The translations under genes and the position numbers were made by a program. Source: Candidatus Marinacidobacterales bacterium (GTDB taxonomy: Bacteria > Acidobacteriota > Vicinamibacteria > Marinacidobacterales > DATDRI01). Taken from it: a stretch of DNA of 64,000 nt. Every line of letters starts with the position of its first letter. Position 1 is the first letter of the stretch. This document shows positions 19,607-29,023 of this stretch, piece by piece. A model generated the notes under the pieces. It saw only the letters and a list, made by a program, of their open reading frames with translations. It was not told where the DNA came from and made no database searches. The DNA is taken from contig OZ244742.1 in the NCBI GenBank assembly GCA_965219415.1, forward strand, positions 352,001 through 416,000. The letters run 5' to 3'.

Positions 19607-20608
19607 CTACGTGCTCGAAACCACGCGCGTCAGTTTCTCGGCGTAGTCCTCGAGATGCAGGCCATTGACCTCTTCCAGTTTGTCGATCCACTCTACCGGA
19701 AACGCGTTTACACCGGTAATCGCGCCACACATGCCGCCCACGATGCTGGCCGTAGTGTCGCAGTCCCCTCCCAAATTAGTAGCCAGGCGAATGGCCTCCA
19801 CCGGTTCTCCGTTCGCGAGCTTCAGCATCGCGAGGCAGACCGGTACGGTCTCGGTCGTTGCCACCCCAGCGCCCACGACATCGTAGAGCTCGTTCATTAC
19901 CGCTTCGCGATCCGTGGAGCCTTCGACGGTTGCGAGCGCCCGCTCGGTACGCTTGACGATCGAGGCCCCATACCAGGCGCGGCCCTTGCTGCTGCCAAGC
20001 TCCGCCGCCTCTAGCGCTCGCGATATCAACTCGTCCACGTTCGTGATCCCGGCGATGCCGCAGCCGATGACCATAGCCACGGCGCTCGCACCCGCGATAG
20101 CGATGTTCGTGTAGTGGGTCGGCATGCAGGCATCCGCCACCGCATCAACGGTTTTGCCGAGATCCCCTCCCCCATAGATCCCCACCGAGGAGACTCTCAT
20201 GGAAGCACCGTTGGTATCGCCCGTGACACCGGACTCTTCGATGGGTACGCCCTGACGCAGTCGGTGCAGCGCCCTCAACGAGCTCGGTCCAACGATCAAC
20301 CCCTCGAAAGCCCCCATCTCCTCCGCCCACTTCATCAATCTAGCGGCGATATCGTGCGGGTCGACCCTTCCCTTTTGAATGATGGAGTCGGCAATCAGTA
20401 GCGTGTGTTGGGTATCGTCGGTGATTTGTCCGGCCACCATGCGGTCATGAATGACGTGTCCCTCGGGCGCCGGCAGGAAATCCTCTATATACTCCCCGAA
20501 CGTCTCCCTGATGGTCTCCCGGCTCATGAGAGAAGTGGGCATGCCCATCGCGTCCCCGGCAGCGACACCGACTAGGCAGCCATGGATGTGTTCCATTAAA
20601 CTCGCCAT
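19607..20608 (-). CDS. ADP-ribosylglycohydrolase family protein
   Basis: GDAMG, ITDDT, TNGASMR, PTH, GGDCDT motifs; ATG 20608 preceded by purine-rich stretch. Confidence 0.9.
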   Translation of the reverse strand: MASLMEHIHGCLVGVAAGDAMGMPTSLMSRETIRETFGEYIEDFLPAPEGHVIHDRMVAGQITDDTQHTLLIADSIIQKGRVDPHDIAARLMKWAEEMGAFEGLIVGPSSLRALHRLRQGVPIEESGVTGDTNGASMRVSSVGIYGGGDLGKTVDAVADACMPTHYTNIAIAGASAVAMVIGCGIAGITNVDELISRALEAAELGSSKGRAWYGASIVKRTERALATVEGSTDREAVMNELYDVVGAGVATTETVPVCLAMLKLANGEPVEAIRLATNLGGDCDTTASIVGGMCGAITGVNAFPVEWIDKLEEVNGLHLEDYAEKLTRVVSST

Positions 20609-20859
20609 GGTTCCAGAGGATACCACGGCGGTCCCGGTCGTAAACGCGGCTCGCCGATGACAAGACACTAGTTGGAGGGTGATGCACATGTTGGGTATGG
20701 CGTTCAAGCTCATGATCGCGTTCTCCGGAGGCGTTGCGGCTGCGCTTCAGGCGACGCTGGCCAGTCTTATGGACAGCGCGTGGGTTCGATGGCCAGCGTG
20801 CTAGTCATTCATATCGGTGGGACCCTCCTCGCCGGTGCGCTGCTGCTCGGCCAGGGGGT

Positions 20860-21937
20860 TGTGACTTCAAGTTTGAAGCGCACCATTCGTTAGAGCCCAT
20901 GGAAACGTTCCTCCGGTGTGCGGTAGCCGAGTCTCTTGCGGGGCCGTGAGTTGAGCTTGTTTGCGATACGATCGCAGTCGCGTTGCGTGAGCGCTGCTTG
21001 GCTGGTGCGCTTCGGCAGGTATTGTCGTAGCAGGCCATTGAAGTTCTCGTTGCTGCCTCTCTCCCATGAGTGATAGGGAGTCGCGAAGTAGAACTTGACG
21101 CCGGTCGCTTCCTCGACGGATTCGTAGTCGTGGAACTCCGTACCATTGTCCGCGGTGATCGTCTTGACCTGCTCCGGCACCCGCCGGAGCAACATCTTCG
21201 TTCGCTGACTAGTGCTGAACATGGTGCGGTCGGACAGCTTGCCGATCAGCGCATAGCCCGTCTTTCGTTCCACGAGCGTGGTTACGCAGTCCGGCGCGCC
21301 TTTTCCTACCACGGTGTCGATCTCCCAGTGGCCAACGGCACTGCGCTTGTCGACACAAGGCGGCCGCTCGGAGATATGACGCTTCCCGGCCAGGTGGCCT
21401 CGGCTGTCATAGCTGTTGTGGCGCTTGCGTCTAAGTTTGGGCGAGCATCGAAGGTGGCGGTATAGATGTCCTCCGGCCTCCTTGTCCCGCCAGACGTGGG
21501 TGTAGATCGTCTCGTGGCTGATCGAGAGCTCGCCGTGAAGGCGCAGGTGGCCGGAGATCTGCTCTGGGCTTCAGTCAGCCTTAAGCTTCTTCTCCACCAG
21601 GGCAAAGTCGGCCTTTGTGAAGTACTGGTTCCGGCGAGACCGCGATCGTCGTCCGTTCGTTTTCTCGATGGCCTTGCTCGGCCGGTAGCATCCATCACTA
21701 CGTGAGCTGTTCCTCCTGACCTCTCTCGAGATTGTGCTCCGGTGGCGCCCCAGGCGCCGCGCAATCTCGGCCGAGCAAAATCCCTCCCGTCGCAGCGCCG
21801 CGATGGTGTATCGTTCTTCCGAGGTGATCTGGTAATAAGTCATTAGCGAGTCCCCATTCTTGGTTGTTTGAGGAATCGTGGCACATCCCAGGTCACCTCA
21901 TCCGGGAGCTGTGTTGCACTTACTTTATGAATTCGCG
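20860..21937 (-). mobile_element. IS30-family insertion sequence (~1.08 kb)
   Basis: Imperfect terminal IRs GTGACTTCAAGTTTGAAGCGCACCAT (20861-20886) and GTGTTGCACTTACTTTATGAATTCGC (21911-21936), 15/26 matching; GGT on both flanks as a possible TSD. Confidence 0.88.
20890..21843 (-). pseudogene. IS30-family transposase, frameshifted
   Basis: HTH IARRLGRHRSTISREVRRN; TITADNGTEF; WERGSNENFNGLLRQYLPK; NSRPRKRLGYRTP; spread over several frames. Confidence 0.9.
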
Positions 21938-22225
21938 GGTAGCAACATCGCTCAGTGGCGTACGGTACCCTGGTATGCGCTAGGGGCAGGCACGCTCGGC
22001 GTCGGCATACTGAGCGCGATCAACTACGCGATCCCGCGCCTCGGTGTAGGGACGACCATTACTCTCTTTGTTACCGCGCAGCTCATGGTGGGGGCGGTGG
22101 TCGATCACTTCGGGTTGTTCGGCACCGACGTTCGTTCGTTCGATGTACTGCGCACCGGTGGGATCGCTGCGCTCCTTCTTGGTACCTGGCTGATGGTGCG
22201 GTAGCGCGACTGTCCGACGAGCGTC

Positions 22226-23038
22226 CTAGGCGAGCCTTCCAATCTCCGTCACGGGAACGCTCAATCCTCGAGCGACCGACGCGCTCTCCTCGGCGGAGAC
22301 TGATAAGAGTGCGCAGGTAGAAGGGCCTGCCGATTTATCTACGTCCAACCGCGGGTCGGGAATCGTAACGAACTCTAGGCCAGCCAAGCTCGCCAACTCG
22401 CGCGCCTCATACGAAACTCCCTGCGAACCCACGGGTAGAAGGTCGTGAACACCCTCCAGCCGCAATAAGTCTCGTATCTGCGACAGCCGTACAATCTCCC
22501 TGTCATCCAAAGTTATGTCATCGTTGGGCGCCGACTTGGGCAAACCGACGCACAGCACTCTATCCCCAGCCCTAGCGCTTCCGGGACGAAAGTCATTCTG
22601 ATGGACGAGACCTAGAACCGTCGTTGCGACTCCGGTCGAATCGGTGGGCACGTTGTCCTCGGTGCTTCCGGACAATGGGAAGTCGGCTCCCAGCCCGGCT
22701 TCCGCTAGCTCGTCACGCACACCGCGGACAATCTCTTTCCCGAGCTCGTCCATCGGGACCGTCAACATGTCGAATGCTGCGATGGGAGTCGCACCACACG
22801 AGATAATTTCCATGAGAGGAACTCTCATCGCGAATCGCCCCAACACGTACTCGGGCACCCGCACCAAATCGTGCGCACGAGATCCGATTCCTCCGTCGGA
22901 GTCCACGGCAACCACCAGCGAGAGCTGCCCGCCCAGGTCGATCCTCGTAAGGTCTCGAATCCGTTCGCAGGTGAACCCGCCGTCTCTTTGTTTGGCTTGG
23001 GCATATAGACCCGCCAACGAGACTTCTGAGTCAGACAT
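22226..23038 (-). CDS. AIR-synthase-related kinase, alpha-ribazole kinase (CblS)-like
   Basis: RDLT...VVAVDSDGGIG...D.V.VP...GRF..RVPLME...GSTEDNVPT..TG..TTVLG and LPVGSQG...E, KSAGPST; matches my recollection of the CblS family. Confidence 0.72.
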   Translation of the reverse strand: MSDSEVSLAGLYAQAKQRDGGFTCERIRDLTRIDLGGQLSLVVAVDSDGGIGSRAHDLVRVPEYVLGRFAMRVPLMEIISCGATPIAAFDMLTVPMDELGKEIVRGVRDELAEAGLGADFPLSGSTEDNVPTDSTGVATTVLGLVHQNDFRPGSARAGDRVLCVGLPKSAPNDDITLDDREIVRLSQIRDLLRLEGVHDLLPVGSQGVSYEARELASLAGLEFVTIPDPRLDVDKSAGPSTCALLSVSAEESASVARGLSVPVTEIGRLA

Positions 23039-23041
23039 TGT

Positions 23042-24493
23042 CTAAGGTGGCGGCGCCGCGACCTGCTGCCGGTAGCGCTCCATGGCCTCGGCACTCTTAT
23101 CGGTTTCGCCGAGCCGATCGTACGCTCCGGCCAGATTCAGACTATAGGTTGGATTCTCTGGATCGAGCGCCGCTGCCTTCTCGAAAGCAGCGATAGAACC
23201 CGCGTGATCGCGCGCCTCGCCCAGGATGACTCCCAGCGCATTGTAAAGACGGCTATTGTGCGGGCTAAGGGTCACCGCCCGCCGCACCGCCTCGAGGGAT
23301 CCGGCTAGGTCTCCCTTATCTCTGAGGAACAGTGACAACAAGTAGGGATACTCCGCCGCCCCTGGGGAAAGCTCGATGGCCCGCCGGATGTATGCGATAG
23401 CCACATCGACCTGTCCTAAGGAGCGGTGAGTCTTGGCGAGGTAGGAGTAGCCTTGGTGGCTCGTGGGATCGAGCTCGGTCATCTCCAGAAACGCCTCGAT
23501 CGCATCCTCCAAACGGTTCTCCTCCAGGAGCTGCCGTCCGGAGCCCAAGGCGGCGACGGCTCGCCTCACCCGCTCGTCCTTTCGCGCTTGCTCGTCCCTC
23601 TGGGACTTGAAACGGGTGAGGTACTTCTTCGCGTCCTCACTACGCCCCTCCCGGCTTAGGAGATTACCCAGGGCGTACGTGGCCTGCGACAGGTCCGGCG
23701 CTAGCTCGATCGCTTTCTCAAAAGCGGCTATCGCCTCATCTGGTCGCCCGAGCTTGGCCAATAGCGACCCGTACTCGTAATGGGTCAAGGCGTAGTTGGG
23801 ATCCAGCTCGAGCGACCTCCGGAGGCTAGTGAGGGCCTGCTCCATCGTCTGCGGAACCTGGGCTTCCAGACGCCCCTTGTGAAACCAGGCACGCGCATGG
23901 TCGGGCTTTCGCTTGATAACGCGATTGAAGAACTCCAGGGCTTCTTCTCTTTTTTTTTGACCGCTGAGGACTCCTCCCAAATAGTACAGTGCCTCCGTAT
24001 CCTGGGGGTGAATCTCCACGTAAGAGCGCAGAGCTTGGGTCGATTTCTCGAACTGCTCGCTCGCCAGGTACAGGTCCGCCAGCGAAAGGTAGGCTTCACC
24101 CGAGCCAGGATCCAGACGGATCGCAGCTTGGTAGGCCCGTTCCGCCTCGGCGAGATTTCCGAGCCCGAGAAAAATCTCACCCTGGAGAAGAGGGAAGAGC
24201 GCCTCCTCAGGATCGATGGCCAATGCCTGATTGACCGCCGCCAGAGCGTCGTTGAGCAGCCCTCTTTGGAAAAGTATCCACGCCAGGCTGTAGTGGACAC
24301 GGGGATGGTCCGGTCGCAGCCGGGCCGCCTCCTGGAAGGCGGCGGTGGCCTCCTCGAGCTGTCCCGCCCGCTCCGCGAGGACCGCCCGGGTGATGACTGC
24401 CTCGAAAGTGGGCTTCTCCTGCCCGACTCCGAAATGCGGTCCGAGAAAGATGAAAAGCCCCACCGGAACCGCCAGCGTCCGAAGCGAAGTCAT
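23042..24493 (-). CDS. Exported tetratricopeptide repeat protein
   Basis: Many A..L.P TPR units; N-terminal hydrophobic signal; downstream of the TonB receptor. Confidence 0.85.
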   Translation of the reverse strand: MTSLRTLAVPVGLFIFLGPHFGVGQEKPTFEAVITRAVLAERAGQLEEATAAFQEAARLRPDHPRVHYSLAWILFQRGLLNDALAAVNQALAIDPEEALFPLLQGEIFLGLGNLAEAERAYQAAIRLDPGSGEAYLSLADLYLASEQFEKSTQALRSYVEIHPQDTEALYYLGGVLSGQKKREEALEFFNRVIKRKPDHARAWFHKGRLEAQVPQTMEQALTSLRRSLELDPNYALTHYEYGSLLAKLGRPDEAIAAFEKAIELAPDLSQATYALGNLLSREGRSEDAKKYLTRFKSQRDEQARKDERVRRAVAALGSGRQLLEENRLEDAIEAFLEMTELDPTSHQGYSYLAKTHRSLGQVDVAIAYIRRAIELSPGAAEYPYLLSLFLRDKGDLAGSLEAVRRAVTLSPHNSRLYNALGVILGEARDHAGSIAAFEKAAALDPENPTYSLNLAGAYDRLGETDKSAEAMERYRQQVAAPPP

Positions 24494-24567
24494 AAGAAAC
24501 AAAAATGCCGGGGCCCTGAAGTTGGGCCGGCAAGGACATCTAATTAACACTCCTTGCCGCTCCAACT

Positions 24568-24658
24568 CTCCCTCTCCCCTTCCGCCTTCGCGAAAGCCTC
24601 GGCGGACCCGCCGAAGTCCTTGGACGTAGGCGGGCTGGGGAGAGGGATGGGGTGAGGG
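24568..24658 (-). repeat. REP-like composite hairpin element, family B copy 1
   Basis: Reverse complement CCCTCACC..CTCTCCCC..AAGGACTTCGGCGGGTCCGCCGAGGC..GCGAAGGCGGAAGGGGAGAGGGAG matches 42967-43110. Confidence 0.85.
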
Positions 24659-24718
24659 GGGGTTGTCGTCATCCCCCTTGGGCCCCGGCGGTTACTCTAG
24701 CAGTTTCTATCGGCGGAT

Positions 24719-27682
24719 TCAGTTGCCGCCGGCGCCGAACCTCCATTTGATGCCGATCTGAGCTTCCCGCGATACTCCTAGGAACGTATCGCAGTTCACG
24801 GGATTCTTATTGGTGCGGCATTGTCCATAGGTTGGAGCAGCGAACAAGGTCGTTGTGGTGTTGAAGTTATCGTTGTTGAACAGATTGAAGATCTCGAACA
24901 ACAAGTCAAGCTCGCCCGCCTTCCCCAGATTGCCGGTCCACATCACGCGGAAGTCGACGTTGATGAAGTTGGGCTGACGCTCCGGAAACCGCGGTTGTAG
25001 GTTTCCGTTGGCGTCGACCGGTCGGTCGAACGTGTTCCCATCTCCGTTGACGTCGACGCTCTCAAACGCAGCGAGGGGGAGGCCCCTCCGGAACGTCCCG
25101 ATACCACTCAGAGTGACGCCCGCACCCACGTGCGTCGTTCCCTGAAAGACGAAACGATGCGTGATGTCGCGCTCATCGATCCCGAAGTCGTCTTCCAGGT
25201 TGTGCGCATCGGACGGTCCGAGCGTGATGCCGATGTCCCGCTCGATGTCTGCATTGGACTGATCTCGCGACCAGGTGTAGTGGGCCAGAAACTGTCTGCG
25301 GTCGCTGAAGGCCTTCTTCAGCGTGACGGTCACCGCCTTGTAGCGGGCCCGGCCCAGGCTGGAAAGCATGTCGGCCTGGAAGACGCTGCTCGATGGTCGG
25401 CCACGGCTGAAGACATCCACGCCCGTCGGCCGCCCGAACTCGTCCCTACCCGAAGGCGCGAACGTGTTCTGATCGAACGTCGTATTGAACCCTCCGACAC
25501 GAGCGTTGTCCGTCTTCGACCAGATGAAATCCACCCCCAGGGCCAGGTTGGGAACGAGCTCGTGCTCCACACCGGCGTTAATGTTCAGGACCCGGGGGTT
25601 GTTGAAGTCCTGGGCGACGAAGCCGTGCGACGATACCAGGCCCTCTGTTACGGGAATGGTGCTCGGGGGAACATCCGGAAAATTCGCACCGGGCGGCAAG
25701 GCGCCAAAGAAGAATCCCGTGCTGTCGCGGAACCCGCTACCGCCGGTGGGCATGAAGATGGTGGCCGTCCGGCCGTAGTAGAGTCCCGCCGCCCCGCGTA
25801 CCACGGTTCTCCCGTCGCCACTCGGGTCCCAGGAGATACCGAATCGAGGACCGAGGTTGTTGGTATCGTTGGCGATGGTTTGAGGTATCGGCATGAGTTC
25901 GTCCCCAGGAGCCTCGCGGACCATCCCGAACGAGCCGTCCGGGTTCCCGATGGGGAGCTTGGGATCGCCGTTGTATTGCGCTTCGTATCGCAAACCGTAG
26001 TTGATGGTCAGGTTGGGCGTGGGCTGCCACTTGTCCTGGATGAAAAGCCCCAGCTCGTGCGTCCAATAATTGTTGGTGGTGGCGGTGTCTTCATTGAAGG
26101 GCTCGAAGAACTGTCGGAATATGAACGCGAAAGGCTCGCGAGCCTGGAAGTCTTCCAGTGAGAGGAACCAATAGCTACCCCGCGACCAGCCGATGAAGGA
26201 GTTATTCGTAAGCTCGGTGGAGTTCCAATCGACGCCGAACTTCACGTCGTGGTTGCCGAAGAGATAGCTGAAGCTATCGGTGAGCTGGATCCGGTTGTTG
26301 TCGCCCACGATAGGAAGGAAAAACTCGCGACCAAAGCAACCGGCCAAGCAGGTATCGAGTATCTGCACTTCCGGCAAATCCGCCTTCGCTTCACGCGGCC
26401 TTACCTCGTGAATGTAATGGAACTTGAACTCGTTGAAGGCGCTGGTACCGATGACGCTGGTCAAGCTGGCCACCACCGAGGTCGCGGTGTTGTTGAAGTC
26501 CTCGAAGTTCTCCGCCGCCGCCGCCACGATGGACTGTCCGCGCCCGCCGGTGAAGTTGATGGTGTCGTTCTTGCTCCGGTTGTAGCGCACTGTCAACCGA
26601 TGGCCGCTGCTGATATCGAAGTCGACCTTAGCGAAGATGGTCAATAGATCTTGCACTTCAGGATTCGGTCCTTCGAAGTCAGCCAGGTTGGAGATCCCGT
26701 ACTCGGGGACCGCGATACCGTTGACGGGTCGCCGATATCGGGTAACGACGTTGTCATCCCTCTTCTGCGCATCGAAAGCGACGAAGTAGAACGCCTTGTC
26801 TTCCTTAATAGGCCCACCGATACCGGCACCGAACTGTTGTTGAGAGAAATCGTCGGACGGATTTCCGAAAGGGTCGTCGGTCTTCAACCCGGAATCACGG
26901 AAGAACGCGAACGCCCCGCCCCTGACGTCGTTGGTCCCCGACTTCGTGACCACGTTGACCATGCCCCCGGTCGAGCGGCCGAACTCGGCGGTGAATCCGT
27001 TGGTCAAGACTTGGAACTCCTGGACCGCCTCCTGCGAGATGGCGAAGTTCTTGGTCTCCAGAGATCCCGTGTACTCGGCGAAGAAGGGGTTGGTCATATC
27101 CGCACCGTCCACTTGGAGCCCCGAGTAGTCCCCCTGCTGGCCACCGATGCGGAGAGGGGAGCGGAGACCAGGAGTCACGTCCACGCGAGGTGACAGGAGC
27201 GCGAAGCCACGAAAGTCCCGCCCGTTGATGGGCAGCGTGTCGATGGCCTCCTGGTTGAGGGTGGTACTTGCCACCGCTCGTGAAGTTTCCACGATCGGGG
27301 TATCGGCGGTGACGGTGATAGCTTCCGTCACACTCGCAAGCGGTAGTGTCAGATCGATGACCGGGGCAGATCCGATGGTCACCACCACACCCTCTCGGGT
27401 CAACGTGGCAAAGCCGGATAGCGCCGCTTCGATGCGGTAGGGCCCGACCGGTAGCAATGGGGCCCTATAGCGACCCCCATTGTCGCTCGCGACGACACGC
27501 GTTAGTCCGCTCCTCAAGTGAGTGATCGTGATCGTCACACCGGGAAGGAAGGCGCCCGTCTCGTCTCGCACTGTTCCGGTGAGCTCGCCTCGGTCGAGGG
27601 TCTGCGCGAAGCCGGTCGTCGTTCCGAGAACGAGAGTGAGAACCGTCAGGAACAATTTAAAAGAATTCCTGTTCTTAGACAT
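24719..27682 (-). CDS. TonB-dependent receptor (Oar-like, N-terminal carboxypeptidase-regulatory-like domain)
   Basis: Signal peptide, GTVRDETGAFLPG, LPINGRDF, EAVQEFQV..AEFGRSTGG, FIQDKW, YGLRYE, PRFGISWD, C-terminal QIGIKWRF. Confidence 0.93.
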   Translation of the reverse strand: MSKNRNSFKLFLTVLTLVLGTTTGFAQTLDRGELTGTVRDETGAFLPGVTITITHLRSGLTRVVASDNGGRYRAPLLPVGPYRIEAALSGFATLTREGVVVTIGSAPVIDLTLPLASVTEAITVTADTPIVETSRAVASTTLNQEAIDTLPINGRDFRGFALLSPRVDVTPGLRSPLRIGGQQGDYSGLQVDGADMTNPFFAEYTGSLETKNFAISQEAVQEFQVLTNGFTAEFGRSTGGMVNVVTKSGTNDVRGGAFAFFRDSGLKTDDPFGNPSDDFSQQQFGAGIGGPIKEDKAFYFVAFDAQKRDDNVVTRYRRPVNGIAVPEYGISNLADFEGPNPEVQDLLTIFAKVDFDISSGHRLTVRYNRSKNDTINFTGGRGQSIVAAAAENFEDFNNTATSVVASLTSVIGTSAFNEFKFHYIHEVRPREAKADLPEVQILDTCLAGCFGREFFLPIVGDNNRIQLTDSFSYLFGNHDVKFGVDWNSTELTNNSFIGWSRGSYWFLSLEDFQAREPFAFIFRQFFEPFNEDTATTNNYWTHELGLFIQDKWQPTPNLTINYGLRYEAQYNGDPKLPIGNPDGSFGMVREAPGDELMPIPQTIANDTNNLGPRFGISWDPSGDGRTVVRGAAGLYYGRTATIFMPTGGSGFRDSTGFFFGALPPGANFPDVPPSTIPVTEGLVSSHGFVAQDFNNPRVLNINAGVEHELVPNLALGVDFIWSKTDNARVGGFNTTFDQNTFAPSGRDEFGRPTGVDVFSRGRPSSSVFQADMLSSLGRARYKAVTVTLKKAFSDRRQFLAHYTWSRDQSNADIERDIGITLGPSDAHNLEDDFGIDERDITHRFVFQGTTHVGAGVTLSGIGTFRRGLPLAAFESVDVNGDGNTFDRPVDANGNLQPRFPERQPNFINVDFRVMWTGNLGKAGELDLLFEIFNLFNNDNFNTTTTLFAAPTYGQCRTNKNPVNCDTFLGVSREAQIGIKWRFGAGGN

Positions 27683-27766
27683 TTGGCCTCCGTCGGGCCC
27701 ACAGTATCTCGGCCAATTGGAGAAACGTCGTGAGGGCCGACACAGATTCCCCCGTTATTCGCTGAA

Positions 27767-27804
27767 GCGGGAGGATTGTAGCTAGTCGGCCTCCCGCCTG
27801 TCAA
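27767..27804 (-). promoter_or_regulatory. Sigma70 promoter of TonB receptor operon (TTGACA-N18-TACAAT) overlapped by an 8-bp inverted repeat
   Basis: TGTCAA 27799-27804, ATTGTA 27775-27780; GCGGGAGG 27767-27774 / CCTCCCGC 27790-27797. Confidence 0.7.
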
Positions 27805-27838
27805 TTCCAAACTGCACCAGAAGACCACTATCAGGGGG

Positions 27839-27869
27839 CTTGATATCAAGGTATGTCGTCCCATAGACT
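27839..27869 (+). promoter_or_regulatory. Putative promoter of hydrolase operon (TTGATA-N18-TAGACT), possibly leaderless; palindrome CTTGATATCAAG over the -35
   Basis: Palindrome 27839-27850; -10 ends 6 nt before ATG 27876; no SD. Confidence 0.45.
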
Positions 27870-27875
27870 CGGCGC

Positions 27876-28947
27876 ATGATCAGAGCGGCAACACTTCTAG
27901 TTGGCTTGTATTCTGTATTCTTTGCAGCACAGGGTACCGCCCAGGAGTCTTCGGAGCGCCTCAAGGTCATCGTGGACACCGACCTCGGCTTCGCCAGCGA
28001 CGATGCCATGGCCTTGCTCATTCTCCTGCAGTCAGAGAAGGTCGATCTCCTCGGCGTCACCGTCGTCACCGGCAATGACTGGCTGCGACAAGAGGTAGCG
28101 AACGCATTGAGGCTACTGGAGATCGCCGGTCGCCCGGACGTCCCCGTCTTCGCCGGCGCGGAAAGACCTCTCCTCAATACCCAGGAAGAAACGAAACGAC
28201 GAGAGGCCCTCTTCGGCGAAACCAGCGATGGCGGTTATAAGGGAGCCTGGCGGGAAGAGGGGCCGGGCCCACGAGACGTCAGCCCGCCGGAAGTTCGCGG
28301 AAAAGAAAGCGGAATCTTCCCACGCCGTCAACTTCATCCTCGAAACCATCCATCGGCATCCGGGAGAAGTGGTGCTCGCCGCCATCGGGCCTTTGACCAA
28401 CGTCGCACTCGCGTTGGCAAAGGACCCCACCATCGCTAGCCTGGCGAAGGAGATTATTATTATGGGGGGCGGCATAGGGACGCTCCCCGAGTTCAACTTC
28501 TGGATGGATCCGGAAGCTGCGCGGATGGTTCTCCGAGCTCCCTGGCAGAAAGTCAGCATAGCTCCCTTGAACATCTGCGAGCAAGCTCCGTTTACGCGGG
28601 ACGTCGCAACGGCGGCGGCGGATGGAGATTCTCCTATCTCCGGTTACTTCGCCGATACGTCCCTCTCGCGGTCCGAGCATGCCGCCTCGCCACTCATGTA
28701 TGACCAAATCGCGGTGCTCGCCTTGATCGAGCCGGGGGTCATTGCGCGTTCCGAGGAGATGCCTGTCGACATCGAGATCGACCACGACGCCTCTTACGGG
28801 GCGATGCTCTATTGGGATGACCGGCGCAAACCACCGGCAGGCGTGCGCAACGCGACGGTACAGCTCGATCTGGACTACCCCCGTTTCATCCAGGCTTTCC
28901 TCGAACTGATGAAACGTCCGGCAGCCCCGCCGCCGTCGACGCGCTAG
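27876..28947 (+). CDS. Exported nucleoside hydrolase 1 (IUNH family; apparent frameshift near 28290)
   Basis: Signal peptide; DTDLGFASDD, GVTVVTGN, IGPLTNVA, MGG, EFNFWMDPEAA, MYDQ. Confidence 0.88.
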
Positions 28948-29023
28948 TCCTTTTTCAGACTCTTTGTGCTAGAGTGCTCGAATCTTCGTCTGGTCTCGCA
29001 GCCGCGAGAAAGGGGAACGGAAA

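Larger units (their letters stand above)
20682..22204 (+). pseudogene. YdcZ/DUF606-type DMT membrane protein interrupted by IS30-family element
   Basis: 5' part GGVAAALQATLAS...VGSMASVLVIHIGG and 3' part PWYALGAGTLG...IPRLG...AQL...DHFGLFG flank the IS. Confidence 0.85.

Noticed and set aside
19607-20608. ADP-ribosylglycohydrolase as antitoxin or DraG nitrogenase regulator
   Set aside because: No ADP-ribosyltransferase toxin, draT or nif genes; neighbours point to riboside metabolism
27683-27770. Cobalamin riboswitch upstream of the TonB receptor (AACGGGGGAAT; CblS-like gene downstream)
   Set aside because: Leader is only ~85 nt and lacks the CCCGC..ACTGT and AGCCAG..GACC elements; an Rfam scan would settle it
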